Source of the DNA: a virus
IMG/VR virus record: IMGVR_UViG_3300045988_155223
Strand: one strand, 5' to 3'
Length of the DNA stretch: 37,274 bases
Shown: piece after piece, positions 22,585 to 31,534 of the stretch
Position numbering within the stretch: the first letter of the stretch is position 1
How the letters are laid out: every line of letters begins with the position of its first letter
Notes under the pieces: model-generated
Database searches by the model: none
Seen by the model: the letters and a program-made list of their open reading frames with translations, nothing else
What the model was told of the DNA's origin: nothing
Program-made: the position numbers and the translations under genes

Positions 22585-25502
22585 TCAAGAAAGAAGACAT
22601 ATTCGATGCGACGGACGGAGGCAAGGCGGTAATCACGCATTACTATCCTCAGAGCTCCGCCTGCTTCCGCGGTTCCGGAAGCAAGAACTTCCGTATCAGG
22701 GAGGATGACAAGAACCCGTCTGCCACTGTGTTCTGCAAGGACGGAATCTGGTTCGTCCAGGACAAGGGCGGTTCTGACAACAAGGCCAGGACTGCGATCC
22801 AGATTGTCCAGGAGGCTGAAGGTCTCGGTTTCCCGCAGGCGATAGAATGGATTGCGCGCAAATTCGCGCCGGCACTGCTGGAGGACAAGTGCGCTTATGA
22901 CAACAGCAAGCCGCAGCCGGACATCGAGGAGGTTCCAGGACAGCCGTCCATTACTATACAGGTGAGGAAGTCTGGAGAGTTCACGCAAAAGGAACTGGAC
23001 AGGCTTGGCTACAGGATCACGAAGGACCTCTGCGACCAGCTCTGCCTCAAACCTCTCGATTATTACATCACGGCGGCCAACAAGAAAGGCAAGAGCTACA
23101 AGATATCGGGCAATGACAATTATCCGATGTATTTCTACGACTATGGCAAGACCGGAGCCGACGGCCACACTTGGGGAAAGATATATCAGCCGCTGGGCGA
23201 TGTTCGTTTTCTTTATTTCGGACAGAAGCCGGAAGACTTCTTTTTCGGAGACCGGGACTTTCTGGCCGCTTATGCCAAGGCGAAGAAGGGCATATATCCT
23301 GGACAGGTGGAATCTGATGACGAAGGCGGGGAAGAGGTGCAGATGAAATGGAAGCAGCTCATCATCTGTTCCGGTCCTTCCGATGCGCTGAACGTGAGAG
23401 GCGCTGATGCGGGCTATCATGTCTGCTGGCCGAATAGTGAGACGGCCGAGCTGACGGAGTACCAGATGGGGCTTCTCAGCCAGCTGGCCGAGAATATCTA
23501 TATCCTGTATGATATCGACGATACGGGCATTGCGAACATGTACAAGACCGCGCTGCGTTATCTCGATCTCAAGATCATACAGCTGCCGAATGAACTGAAG
23601 AACTACAGGGACCGCAAAGGGAAGCCGTGCAAGGACGCCAAGGACTTCTTCGTGCATTTCCGCCGTCCGGAGAACCAGAACCCGTACAAGCTCTTCAGCG
23701 ATTTGGTGAAACTTTCCGGTGGACTGAAGTTCTGGACTGTGAAACCGGCGAAGACTGGCTTTACGTTTGACATAAACAACGAGCAGTTGTATTCGTTCCT
23801 GCAGGCCGGAGGCTTCTACCGCATCGCGTCCTCGGCCAATGCCAAAGGATACACGTTCTGCCACATTCACGACAATGTCGTCACGCTGATAGATGAGCAG
23901 GCAATCGCATCGACGGTCTCAAGCTATTTGCTGGAGTATCTGAAGACGCATCCAAAATATTACTCCCAGACACTGGCGAATACGATATACAGGAGCAATC
24001 AGATCCGTCTGGCCAGTCTTGAGAAACTGAAGGTGATAGAGCCTAATTTCAAGAGCTGGAATGAGACGTCTGACCATTTCTTCTTCCGCAACGGGATCTT
24101 CCGCGTGTCCGCCGACGGGCTGAAGGAAGTGAAGCCGTCGGACTGTCCGTGCATGGTGTATAAGAACAAGATCCTGGAGCATGACTTCAAGGTGGAGTCT
24201 CCGTTCTTCGATATCGAATATACGCCTGAATATGCGACCCTCCTGGCACAGCTGAAAGCCGCCGTCCCCCAATCCCCCGAATTTTTCTTTTATAAGAAGT
24301 CAATTGACGCTCTAGGGGATGCAGGCAAGTATCGTCTCAAGATTCTGAGAAATGACCTGAATTTCATGCAGTACGTGTACAATACCGGCAGGACATACTG
24401 GAGGAAGGAGGAAATCGGCATCCCCCTCAGTGAGGATGAGAAGGCTGAACATGACTTGAACTTCATCAATAAGGTCATGGCGCTGGGCTTTCTGATGGCC
24501 AAGCACAAGAATGCCGGCCAGCCTTATGCGGTATTCTGCATGGAGACTGAACAAAGCGATGAAGGTACGCACCTTGGAGGAACCGGCAAGTCCCTGTATG
24601 CGTCCAGTCTGGAGCAGATGAGGAAGCAGCTGTTCATCGACGGCCAGAACCTCCAGCCGGGCAAATATGACTTCCTTCTGCAGGGTGTGGAGAAAGGAAT
24701 CACGGACAACGTCTTCATCGATGACCTGAACAACAGCGTGGACCTCCATAAGTTCATGCCGATGATCACGGGCAAGATGGTGGTCAATGCAAAATATGTC
24801 GCGTCCTATACCATTGACTTCAAGGATTCTCCGAAAGTGGTGTTCACTTCGAACCATGCAATCAGGAATTTCGACGCGTCGCTGCGGCGCCGTACTTGGT
24901 TCGTGGCGTTCACGGACTATTATCATGCGGATGATCCGCAGAGAGGTCTGAAGGAGCGCAGCCCGCTGACGGAGTTCGGCACCAACCTGATTTCGGACTA
25001 TTCTCCGGAGGATATGAACAAGTTCTACAACTTCATGCTGAACTGCATATCGGTATGGATGAAACTCCAGGTCCGGATACAGCCGCCGATGCGGGATATC
25101 GAGAAGAGAATTCTCCAGAAGTCGCTGTCAGACGAGTTCCTGTTCTGGGCTGAGGACTGGTTCACTGAAAATCGCCTGAACACACTCGTGAAGAAGGATG
25201 AGGCTTTCGAGGCTTACAAGGCTACCTTGCCACCGAAGTATGCGCTGCTGATGAAGATGAAGTCCTTCAAGACGAAACTCATCCAGTACTGCACGTATAA
25301 GGATTGGGATTTCAATCCGGAGTCGCTCATGACGACGCAGTCGGAGCGGGAGCGTAACGACATCCGGCGCAAGGTGAACTATGAGGACGTGTATTTCTTC
25401 TATATAGACACCAGGAAGAACGGACAAGTCTCCGACAGTGCGTCAGAGAGTCAGAATGTGGCGACGGTGTCTGACGAATCCCTGGGGAAGCCGCCTTTTT
25501 AG
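22581..25502 (+). CDS. Replicative primase-helicase fusion (DnaG-like N-terminus + Toprim + P-loop SF3/D5-like NTPase)
   Basis: Toprim-like segment LIICSGPSDALNV...IYILYDIDDTGI, Walker A GGTGKS, and Walker B-like NVFIDDL. The N-terminus resembles a primase zinc-binding domain but lacks the Cys/His ligands. Confidence 0.8.
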   Translation: MIKKEDIFDATDGGKAVITHYYPQSSACFRGSGSKNFRIREDDKNPSATVFCKDGIWFVQDKGGSDNKARTAIQIVQEAEGLGFPQAIEWIARKFAPALLEDKCAYDNSKPQPDIEEVPGQPSITIQVRKSGEFTQKELDRLGYRITKDLCDQLCLKPLDYYITAANKKGKSYKISGNDNYPMYFYDYGKTGADGHTWGKIYQPLGDVRFLYFGQKPEDFFFGDRDFLAAYAKAKKGIYPGQVESDDEGGEEVQMKWKQLIICSGPSDALNVRGADAGYHVCWPNSETAELTEYQMGLLSQLAENIYILYDIDDTGIANMYKTALRYLDLKIIQLPNELKNYRDRKGKPCKDAKDFFVHFRRPENQNPYKLFSDLVKLSGGLKFWTVKPAKTGFTFDINNEQLYSFLQAGGFYRIASSANAKGYTFCHIHDNVVTLIDEQAIASTVSSYLLEYLKTHPKYYSQTLANTIYRSNQIRLASLEKLKVIEPNFKSWNETSDHFFFRNGIFRVSADGLKEVKPSDCPCMVYKNKILEHDFKVESPFFDIEYTPEYATLLAQLKAAVPQSPEFFFYKKSIDALGDAGKYRLKILRNDLNFMQYVYNTGRTYWRKEEIGIPLSEDEKAEHDLNFINKVMALGFLMAKHKNAGQPYAVFCMETEQSDEGTHLGGTGKSLYASSLEQMRKQLFIDGQNLQPGKYDFLLQGVEKGITDNVFIDDLNNSVDLHKFMPMITGKMVVNAKYVASYTIDFKDSPKVVFTSNHAIRNFDASLRRRTWFVAFTDYYHADDPQRGLKERSPLTEFGTNLISDYSPEDMNKFYNFMLNCISVWMKLQVRIQPPMRDIEKRILQKSLSDEFLFWAEDWFTENRLNTLVKKDEAFEAYKATLPPKYALLMKMKSFKTKLIQYCTYKDWDFNPESLMTTQSERERNDIRRKVNYEDVYFFYIDTRKNGQVSDSASESQNVATVSDESLGKPPF

Positions 25503-25523
25503 GCCGGATCTCCGCGGATTTCC

Positions 25524-25548
25524 AGAGGTCTTTTTGGCCTCTTTTTTT
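25524..25548 (+). terminator. Intrinsic terminator after the replication gene
   Basis: AGAGGTC-TTTTT-GGCCTCT followed by a T7 run. A second hairpin ATGAGAC-N8-GTCTCAT lies at 25556-25577. Confidence 0.7.
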
Positions 25549-25605
25549 GGACCCGATGAGACAAGGAATCGTCTCATATACTTTTTGTCTTTTTTCTTTG
25601 ACCAT

Positions 25606-25898
25606 CTGACGCACTAAAGGGAAGAGAGGATATAAGTGATTGAAATAGAAATAGTTCCAGTGCGTCAGTTTAGTGCGTCAGATTAGGTCATTTTGGTTTT
25701 GTTGACGCAATAAGGTCGAAAAGGGCGATTTATGCTGAAATCTTCTGACGCACTTAATAATCAATGAGTTAGGCTGTTTTGGGCTATTTTGGGCGTCAAA
25801 GTGCGTCAGATTGATTTGACACACAAAACGCATTGATAATCAGATATTTATATTTAGTGCGTCAGTGCGTCAGATTATTTCGGGAAAAAGTGCGTCAG
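25606..25898. repeat. Iteron field, probable origin of replication
   Basis: GTGCGTCAG occurs at 25660, 25673, 25801, 25857, 25865 and 25890. The inverted form CTGACGCAC occurs at 25606 and 25745. Degenerate copies lie at 25702 (TTGACGCAA) and 25792 (GGCGTCAA). The field is AT-rich, ORF-free and directly downstream of the primase-helicase gene. Confidence 0.7.
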
Positions 25899-25929
25899 AA
25901 GTAGAATTTTGGTAAAACACTGTAAAACT

Positions 25930-26187
25930 ATGGCTAAGAGTGAAATTATAGATGGTTTGAGAATTGCCTACAACGGGCGTTCTTTTCCGGTATGGAAGTA
26001 TGACGAAGTTCCGGCGGAAATGAGGCCGGCGACGCCGCGCGACCTGTGGTATGGCAGGCCTGTGCTCTTCCAGCTTCAGTTGGGTGCGGATGCCGGGAAA
26101 TATTGCACTGGCATCGTGAGACCTTCGACGATCGCCGTGCTGCGTGGATATATTGATGCAGGCGTGCCGGTTTATGTGAAAGATTGA
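25930..26187 (+). CDS. Hypothetical protein
   Basis: ORF with ATG at 25930 (the track lists a TTG at 25909). No motif recognised. Confidence 0.5.
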   Translation: MAKSEIIDGLRIAYNGRSFPVWKYDEVPAEMRPATPRDLWYGRPVLFQLQLGADAGKYCTGIVRPSTIAVLRGYIDAGVPVYVKD

Positions 26188-26253
26188 CCGGCAAAGCATT
26201 GACAATGTGAAGAAAATTTCGTATATTGTATTGAATTTTAATTGTTTACGAGT

Positions 26254-26775
26254 ATGGTAGATGTCGAGTTGAAAGTGAGTTCACAGATATTGGCAGACTT
26301 CCTGACGTTCCTGTATCCTCCGGAGGAGGACGGGATTCTGGCAGTCAAGTCTGACGTGTTCGGAAAACTGCTCGTGGCTCATCTCAGGGGCAGCGACATC
26401 CCGGTTACCGCCAGGTCCGGCGATTTCATGGTGAAACTGAGGATGCCCATTAACGACATCACCAGGCACTTCGAGAAACTGTGGCCGTATTACAATGAAG
26501 CCGATGAGGCGTCATTGAACATGGCATTGGCGGCAGTGTTCGACATGGATTTCGCCGGCTATTACAGGAAGGGGGAGTCTCTTGGCTATCAGAAGAAGGA
26601 CATTGTCGATGCCTTCATAACTTCCAGGAAGTTGTTCTCTACGGACTGCTTCGATGCGTTGCACAAAAGGGTGTACCGCAAAGGCCAGGCTTCTTTCGAG
26701 GCCATCAAGCAGCGTCTGATCCGGAAAGCATATTATATCGATGAGTCTATAGATTATAAAGGTTTGGGAAAATGA
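26254..26775 (+). CDS. Hypothetical protein
   Basis: ORF with ATG at 26254 (the track lists a TTG at 26242) and an ATGA overlap with the next gene. No motif recognised. Confidence 0.55.
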   Translation: MVDVELKVSSQILADFLTFLYPPEEDGILAVKSDVFGKLLVAHLRGSDIPVTARSGDFMVKLRMPINDITRHFEKLWPYYNEADEASLNMALAAVFDMDFAGYYRKGESLGYQKKDIVDAFITSRKLFSTDCFDALHKRVYRKGQASFEAIKQRLIRKAYYIDESIDYKGLGK

Positions 26776-27092
26776 TACGAATAGTTGACCAGTTGGTGGC
26801 ATTGAGCCTTGATGAGGACAATGCCGAGGAGATGAAGCTTCCGTTGGTGCCGGCAACAGCATCTGTGACTATTGAGGATACGGCTGAGACTGAAGGAGTG
26901 CTCAGGACCATATCCCTTGCGGCCGTGCTGTCATCGCCTGTGAGGATATTGAACCACAGGCTGGTTCTTAAAGTGTTCTACTGTGACGGAGGAAAAGATG
27001 TTCTCGGGTCTGAGGACCTTCCGTTGCGTCTGGATGTGAAGACGTCTGACCAGATCAGGATTTCCGCAAAATACAGGACTCGGGAATATTGA
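26772..27092 (+). CDS. Hypothetical protein
   Basis: 106-aa ORF coupled to the upstream gene. Confidence 0.55.
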   Translation: MIRIVDQLVALSLDEDNAEEMKLPLVPATASVTIEDTAETEGVLRTISLAAVLSSPVRILNHRLVLKVFYCDGGKDVLGSEDLPLRLDVKTSDQIRISAKYRTREY

Positions 27093-27099
27093 AAGCCCG

Positions 27100-27134
27100 T
27101 GTCCTTTCTATAGAGGGGGTATTCTCTACTTTTG
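27100..27134 (+). promoter_or_regulatory. Late-type promoter copy 3 (TGTCCTTTCTA-N16-TACTTTTG)
   Basis: Same composite motif. The ATG at 27156 lies 21 nt downstream. The TTG start in the ORF track (27132) sits inside the -7 box. Confidence 0.55.
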
Positions 27135-27155
27135 CATCAGGTAAGATATATCTGT

Positions 27156-28010
27156 ATGAAAAAGGTGAATACTTTCGAGCTTGCCCGTGATATAATGCGT
27201 AGTCTCTGGTTCGTTTCCGAGCCGGAGAAATTGATGCGTGTCGCACGCGAGTTCCTTGCAAAGTCGCCGATAGTCATGGATGCGGCCGGTCCGGAACTGA
27301 TGGAATATTCGGGGACCAAGATGTCAGCAGCTTCAGGCGACAAGAAATCAAATCGTAAAAGAGTCATGATTGTGCCTATTCATGGCACTATGACAAAATA
27401 TGATACGTGCGTATCGTATGGCGCCCAGACGTTGGCTGGAATTCTGGAAAGCTATGTTGACGATGCCAGTGTTGCCGGTGTTGTCATTGACATTGACAGT
27501 GGCGGTGGTTCCGGCAATGCCGTGCCTCCGTTGGCCGCTGCAATTAAGAAACTCCAGGATGCCGGGAAGCCGGTATGTGTCCATTGCGACCTCTGCGGTT
27601 CTGCGGCATATTGGGTTGCGTCCCAGTGCGATGCAATCTATATGGACAACAAGACTTCTGAAGTCGGCTCCATCGGCGCATATTATCTGTTCTGTGATGA
27701 TTCTGCGCAGAATCCCATGACTGGTGAAAAGTGGATATCTATCTACGCACAGGAATCGGAGGACAAGAACTATGCGTACCGCCAGGCTCTGGAGGGCAAT
27801 GTGAAGCCGGCTCAGGAAGAGCTGGCTGTGCATGTGAAGATGTTCCAGGATGACGTGATGTCCGGAAGGCCGGGAATCTTGAAGGACGAGAAGGGCGTCC
27901 TGACCGGAAAGATGTTCATCACTTCTGATGCTATACGTCTGGGGATGGCAGATGCCTGCAAGTCATTGAAGGAAACTGCCGAGGTCGTGATGGCGTTGGC
28001 CGGTCTCTAA
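27156..28010 (+). CDS. Prohead protease, S49 (SppA / lambda gpC-like) family
   Basis: GVVIDIDSGGGSGNAV...CDLCGSAAYWVASQCDAIYMDNKTSEVGSIGAY is typical of the S49 peptidase ClpP-like fold. It lies directly upstream of the putative capsid gene. Confidence 0.8.
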   Translation: MKKVNTFELARDIMRSLWFVSEPEKLMRVAREFLAKSPIVMDAAGPELMEYSGTKMSAASGDKKSNRKRVMIVPIHGTMTKYDTCVSYGAQTLAGILESYVDDASVAGVVIDIDSGGGSGNAVPPLAAAIKKLQDAGKPVCVHCDLCGSAAYWVASQCDAIYMDNKTSEVGSIGAYYLFCDDSAQNPMTGEKWISIYAQESEDKNYAYRQALEGNVKPAQEELAVHVKMFQDDVMSGRPGILKDEKGVLTGKMFITSDAIRLGMADACKSLKETAEVVMALAGL

Positions 28011-28034
28011 TCTGAAAACCAAATTCTCTAAAAA

Positions 28035-29555
28035 ATGAATAAGAAATCATTATCAAATTCCAAGATGGGCCAGCTTGTTGCCCGTCTTCTCGGAAAGCCT
28101 CAGCTGGAGGTCAAGGATGGCAAGGTTTCCCTCTCGGAAGAGGAGAAGAAGACCATCCGCGACACTTACGGTGAGCCTTTCCTGGCAAAACTGGAAAGTG
28201 TGGACATCGAGGATGACAGCGAGTCCGCGCTGGATCTTTTCAATGCGGCTGTTGAAGCGAAGGCCGCGGAGGTTACTGCGGCATTGGCGGATCGTGTCAA
28301 GGAGCTTCAGGCCGATGTCCTGGCTCTGACTAATGAACCGGAACCGAAGCCTGCACCGGTTGCAGGTGTTCCTGCAGGTTCACCTGTGTTTGCCATCGAC
28401 ATGAAGGCAAAGCACAACAGAGTGGTGGCAGAGGCCCTCAATTCCGCTAACCCTCTTACATTCGGTGCTGTTGCCGATTCCGGCATTGATATCACCGATC
28501 TCAATGCGGAGTTCAGCGCAGTGATGCCTCCGAAGGCAAAACTGGAGCTTCTTACCAAGAGAATCTACAACGGATTCCCGGACGCCAAGTATATGACGCG
28601 CATCCAGGCGAATAGCGATTATATCGCATCTGCCGCGATGATGACGGAGGTATCACAGCAGTTCACTCCGAAGTGGACGCCTAAAGGTAAGGCGAAATTC
28701 ACTCCGGTCAGAATTCCGTACAGAAGGCATAAGATCAATGTCCTTATCCAGCCTGCCGAGGTTCTGAAGAGCTGGCTTATATTCCTGTATGAGCAGGGCA
28801 AGACAATGGCTGAGATGCCTATTACCAGGTATATCATCGAGAACCATATTCTGCCAAGGGTGTTTGATGACATTACATTGGCGATGATCGCGAAAGGCAA
28901 GTTCGTTGATGCCGGTAATGTTTCCGACGGGGATGAGGGCAAGGCTTCCAAGGATTCAATGGACGGCTTCGAAACTATCCTTGTAGAAGGTAAGAAGGAC
29001 GCAAAGTGTAAGATTAACTTCTACAAGAATGCCAAGAACCCGATGACTCTTGGAGACCAGGAACTCCTTGATTACATCGACGGCTTCGTGGATGCAATCT
29101 CGGGAATGTTCGCAAGGAAAGCGACGGTATTCTGCTCCGAGCAGCTGCTGACAAAGTACAAGAGGGCGGATTTTGCCATCAACGGCAAATATACAGGTGT
29201 CGAGACCGACGGAGTCATCCGCTTCACAAACTTCCATCTCGTGCCTCTCACGTCGATGTATAACTCCCAGATCATCTTTGCGACACCTCAGGAGAATTTT
29301 GTGGAGCTCGTGGATTATAGTAAGGCGGATAGCTGCATCAACAAAATCGAGGAGAGCAACTACGACGTGAAGGTTTTCGGCGAGTATTCTCTTTCTACCG
29401 GATTCAAGATTGCAGAGGCTGTGTACGCTTCAGTTCCTGACGGGTATGATCCGTCGTCGACCATCGTATCCGGAGAAGTCGAGTTGGGTGACAAGTGGGT
29501 GAACGGCTCGGCCGTCGCACATGCCAAGGAGAACCCTGCCCAGGAGACTGCCTAA
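28035..29555 (+). CDS. Putative major capsid protein with an N-terminal scaffold-like (delta) domain
   Basis: 506 aa. The N-terminal ~110 aa are charged and coiled, followed by a Pro/Ala linker. It follows the prohead protease and is followed by a strong hairpin. The assignment is by position only. Confidence 0.55.
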   Translation: MNKKSLSNSKMGQLVARLLGKPQLEVKDGKVSLSEEEKKTIRDTYGEPFLAKLESVDIEDDSESALDLFNAAVEAKAAEVTAALADRVKELQADVLALTNEPEPKPAPVAGVPAGSPVFAIDMKAKHNRVVAEALNSANPLTFGAVADSGIDITDLNAEFSAVMPPKAKLELLTKRIYNGFPDAKYMTRIQANSDYIASAAMMTEVSQQFTPKWTPKGKAKFTPVRIPYRRHKINVLIQPAEVLKSWLIFLYEQGKTMAEMPITRYIIENHILPRVFDDITLAMIAKGKFVDAGNVSDGDEGKASKDSMDGFETILVEGKKDAKCKINFYKNAKNPMTLGDQELLDYIDGFVDAISGMFARKATVFCSEQLLTKYKRADFAINGKYTGVETDGVIRFTNFHLVPLTSMYNSQIIFATPQENFVELVDYSKADSCINKIEESNYDVKVFGEYSLSTGFKIAEAVYASVPDGYDPSSTIVSGEVELGDKWVNGSAVAHAKENPAQETA

Positions 29556-29564
29556 TGTGAAATT

Positions 29565-29589
29565 CGGGGAACTCCCTGCGGGTTCCCCG
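29565..29589 (+). terminator. Stem-loop after the capsid gene (attenuator/terminator candidate)
   Basis: CGGGGAAC-N9-GTTCCCCG, an 8-bp GC-rich stem with no clear U-tract. Confidence 0.45.
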
Positions 29590-29605
29590 GTAATAATAAA
29601 AGAGT

Positions 29606-30160
29606 ATGTACACGAAAGTAAGTATTCCTAAGAACGGAGACGGAGCAGGTTGCCCTGTTTCCAGATCATCAAACATCATCATCATCGACGTGGATGACAT
29701 CAAGGTGGAGCCGACCAGAGAGGTTGGCAATACTGCCTTGAAAGGAGACCTTGAGCTCGTAGAGGGCGCAAAGGCTGTTGCAATCTATGCGACACCCACT
29801 ACCATTACTGAGACTGAGGAGTTTTCCGGCGACGCTGATGCGCGCGGTGTAAAGCAGGGAGTTGAATACGAACACCCAGGCAATAGCGCGGAAATCAAAG
29901 GCTTTTCCGAGGCTTTCATGAATAGGGGCGTTGTCATTCTCGTGACCGACTGTGACGGAACTGCCGCCGGCAGGACTCAGATGTTCGGCCGCAAGTGCAA
30001 TCCGTTGTTCATGAGTGTCGAAAGAACCGGAAACAACGAGGCCAACAAGCGCAAGTTCACTTTCAAGCAGGAACTGAACGACAAGTTCCTTCCTGGTGAC
30101 TACACTGGTACAATGCCGGCGATTGCCGATGCGGCAAAACCTACCGGCGAAACCGTCTAG
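29606..30160 (+). CDS. Hypothetical virion protein (possibly decoration or tube protein)
   Basis: 184-aa ORF directly after the capsid gene. No motif recognised. Confidence 0.6.
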   Translation: MYTKVSIPKNGDGAGCPVSRSSNIIIIDVDDIKVEPTREVGNTALKGDLELVEGAKAVAIYATPTTITETEEFSGDADARGVKQGVEYEHPGNSAEIKGFSEAFMNRGVVILVTDCDGTAAGRTQMFGRKCNPLFMSVERTGNNEANKRKFTFKQELNDKFLPGDYTGTMPAIADAAKPTGETV

Positions 30161-30162
30161 CC

Positions 30163-30840
30163 ATGAGCGAGAAGAAAAGCAAGACTGAGGCTCCCGAACA
30201 GGAGGCTCAGTCTCCTGAAGTAGCGCAGGCGGCTCAGGGGGCCGATGTGAACAAGGAACCAGCTGCTGTTGTGGAGCAGGAAGATGTTCAAGCTGCTGTC
30301 GTCGTGCTCGCATACAAGGGCACTGAAGAGCAGGTGAAAAGAGTATGGGAGAAGATGGCCGTACTGCCGATGATTGTTCTGGCATATTATGACGAGGAGA
30401 AACTCCAAGACGTATTGGCTAAGATTGTAGCGGATGAAAGCATTGCTGATGACTTCATCTTTGTTCCGGCCAACGTGATCCCATGCAAGCCTGTAAACTT
30501 GGAGGAGCTGTCGGTGCCATACGTTTACACGACGTCGCGCGGCGAAAGAATCTATAATAGCAGGGTGCCGATGGCATTCGGGAAGTCGAAGCTGGTGGAA
30601 CTCCTTGCAGCTTCAGACGCCAAGGACGATGAGGAGTTTATCCGCGTATATTACGGGCGCTACAGGCACTATCCTATCGAAGTCGGATTTACGTTCGGAA
30701 ACTTCATTACACCAGTTACCAGGGCAAATCCTTGCGAGCATGGAGTGATGGAAGCTTTGGTCAGAAAACGCTTCATATCTGCAAGCGCTGAAGGATATAA
30801 GGCAATCAGCTCCCTTATCGAGAAAACATTGCTGAGTTAG
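30163..30840 (+). CDS. Hypothetical protein
   Basis: 225-aa ORF with an acidic, low-complexity N-terminus, tightly packed in the operon. Confidence 0.6.
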   Translation: MSEKKSKTEAPEQEAQSPEVAQAAQGADVNKEPAAVVEQEDVQAAVVVLAYKGTEEQVKRVWEKMAVLPMIVLAYYDEEKLQDVLAKIVADESIADDFIFVPANVIPCKPVNLEELSVPYVYTTSRGERIYNSRVPMAFGKSKLVELLAASDAKDDEEFIRVYYGRYRHYPIEVGFTFGNFITPVTRANPCEHGVMEALVRKRFISASAEGYKAISSLIEKTLLS

Positions 30841-30841
30841 T

Positions 30842-31534
30842 ATGAATGACATAGACAGATGGATTCGTCAGGGAGCCGAGGTCAATGAAGGACTTCGGCT
30901 TCTTGGTATATACGCGCCGAACAGATGGCTTGACGAGCTCGTCCGGAAGGCTCCGCGCTTCAGGTATCTCCTGGAAGAGAAGTTGAAGGCATTTGCCGAT
31001 TGCACTGCCCAGAATAACAGTCTGTCATCATTGTCGCTAAGCCAGGAGTATGGCAACAACTTCAGAAAGAAGTGGCCGTTTCTTGGTGATGCGGATTGCC
31101 CCGCGGAATTGAAAATCCTTGCAGCTGACATGATAACGGCATGGCATGATTTCGTCGACGAGCATGAGAATCTGTATTCCTGCACGACGCCTGAAACTTG
31201 CTATGACACAGCGGAAAGAGTGATAAAAAGTTTTACGCAAAATCGGAATATCCGTTCCGAATTTGCGTATTACAAAGAGCATCATTCCGTGCTGGGGAAA
31301 CACCCGATTTTCGGAGCGGTGAAGAGGCGCGAAGCTTTGCAGAAGATGACGGTTTCGGAACTGTTCAGGAGACAGAAGAATCTCATCGGCGCGATATGGC
31401 GCGTGAAGTCCGAGATGAAAAAGAACGACCGTCCGGATCTGAAAATTCAGAGGGAAGAGAGATTGCGGATGAAGGAGAATGAACTTGAGGAAGTAAACAG
31501 GATAATCGAAAGTTATAATGGAAGAAAACAATGA
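30842..31534 (+). CDS. Hypothetical protein
   Basis: 230-aa ORF whose start lies 1 nt after the upstream stop. Confidence 0.6.
   Translation: MNDIDRWIRQGAEVNEGLRLLGIYAPNRWLDELVRKAPRFRYLLEEKLKAFADCTAQNNSLSSLSLSQEYGNNFRKKWPFLGDADCPAELKILAADMITAWHDFVDEHENLYSCTTPETCYDTAERVIKSFTQNRNIRSEFAYYKEHHSVLGKHPIFGAVKRREALQKMTVSELFRRQKNLIGAIWRVKSEMKKNDRPDLKIQREERLRMKENELEEVNRIIESYNGRKQ

Noticed and set aside
22575-23870. 431-aa - strand ORF inside the primase-helicase gene, and similar long antisense ORFs (6459-7244, 24312-24926, 29669-30385, 31383-32021, 15661-16299)
   Set aside because: These are shadow ORFs opposite strongly supported + strand genes. Their translations are Arg/Leu/Ser-rich low-complexity sequences with no motifs, and they have no independent start context or promoter.
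25606-25898. Repeat field as a CRISPR array
   Set aside because: The repeats are only 9 bp, occur in both orientations, have irregular and partly overlapping spacing, and lack spacer-like unique units of constant length. An iteron origin fits better.
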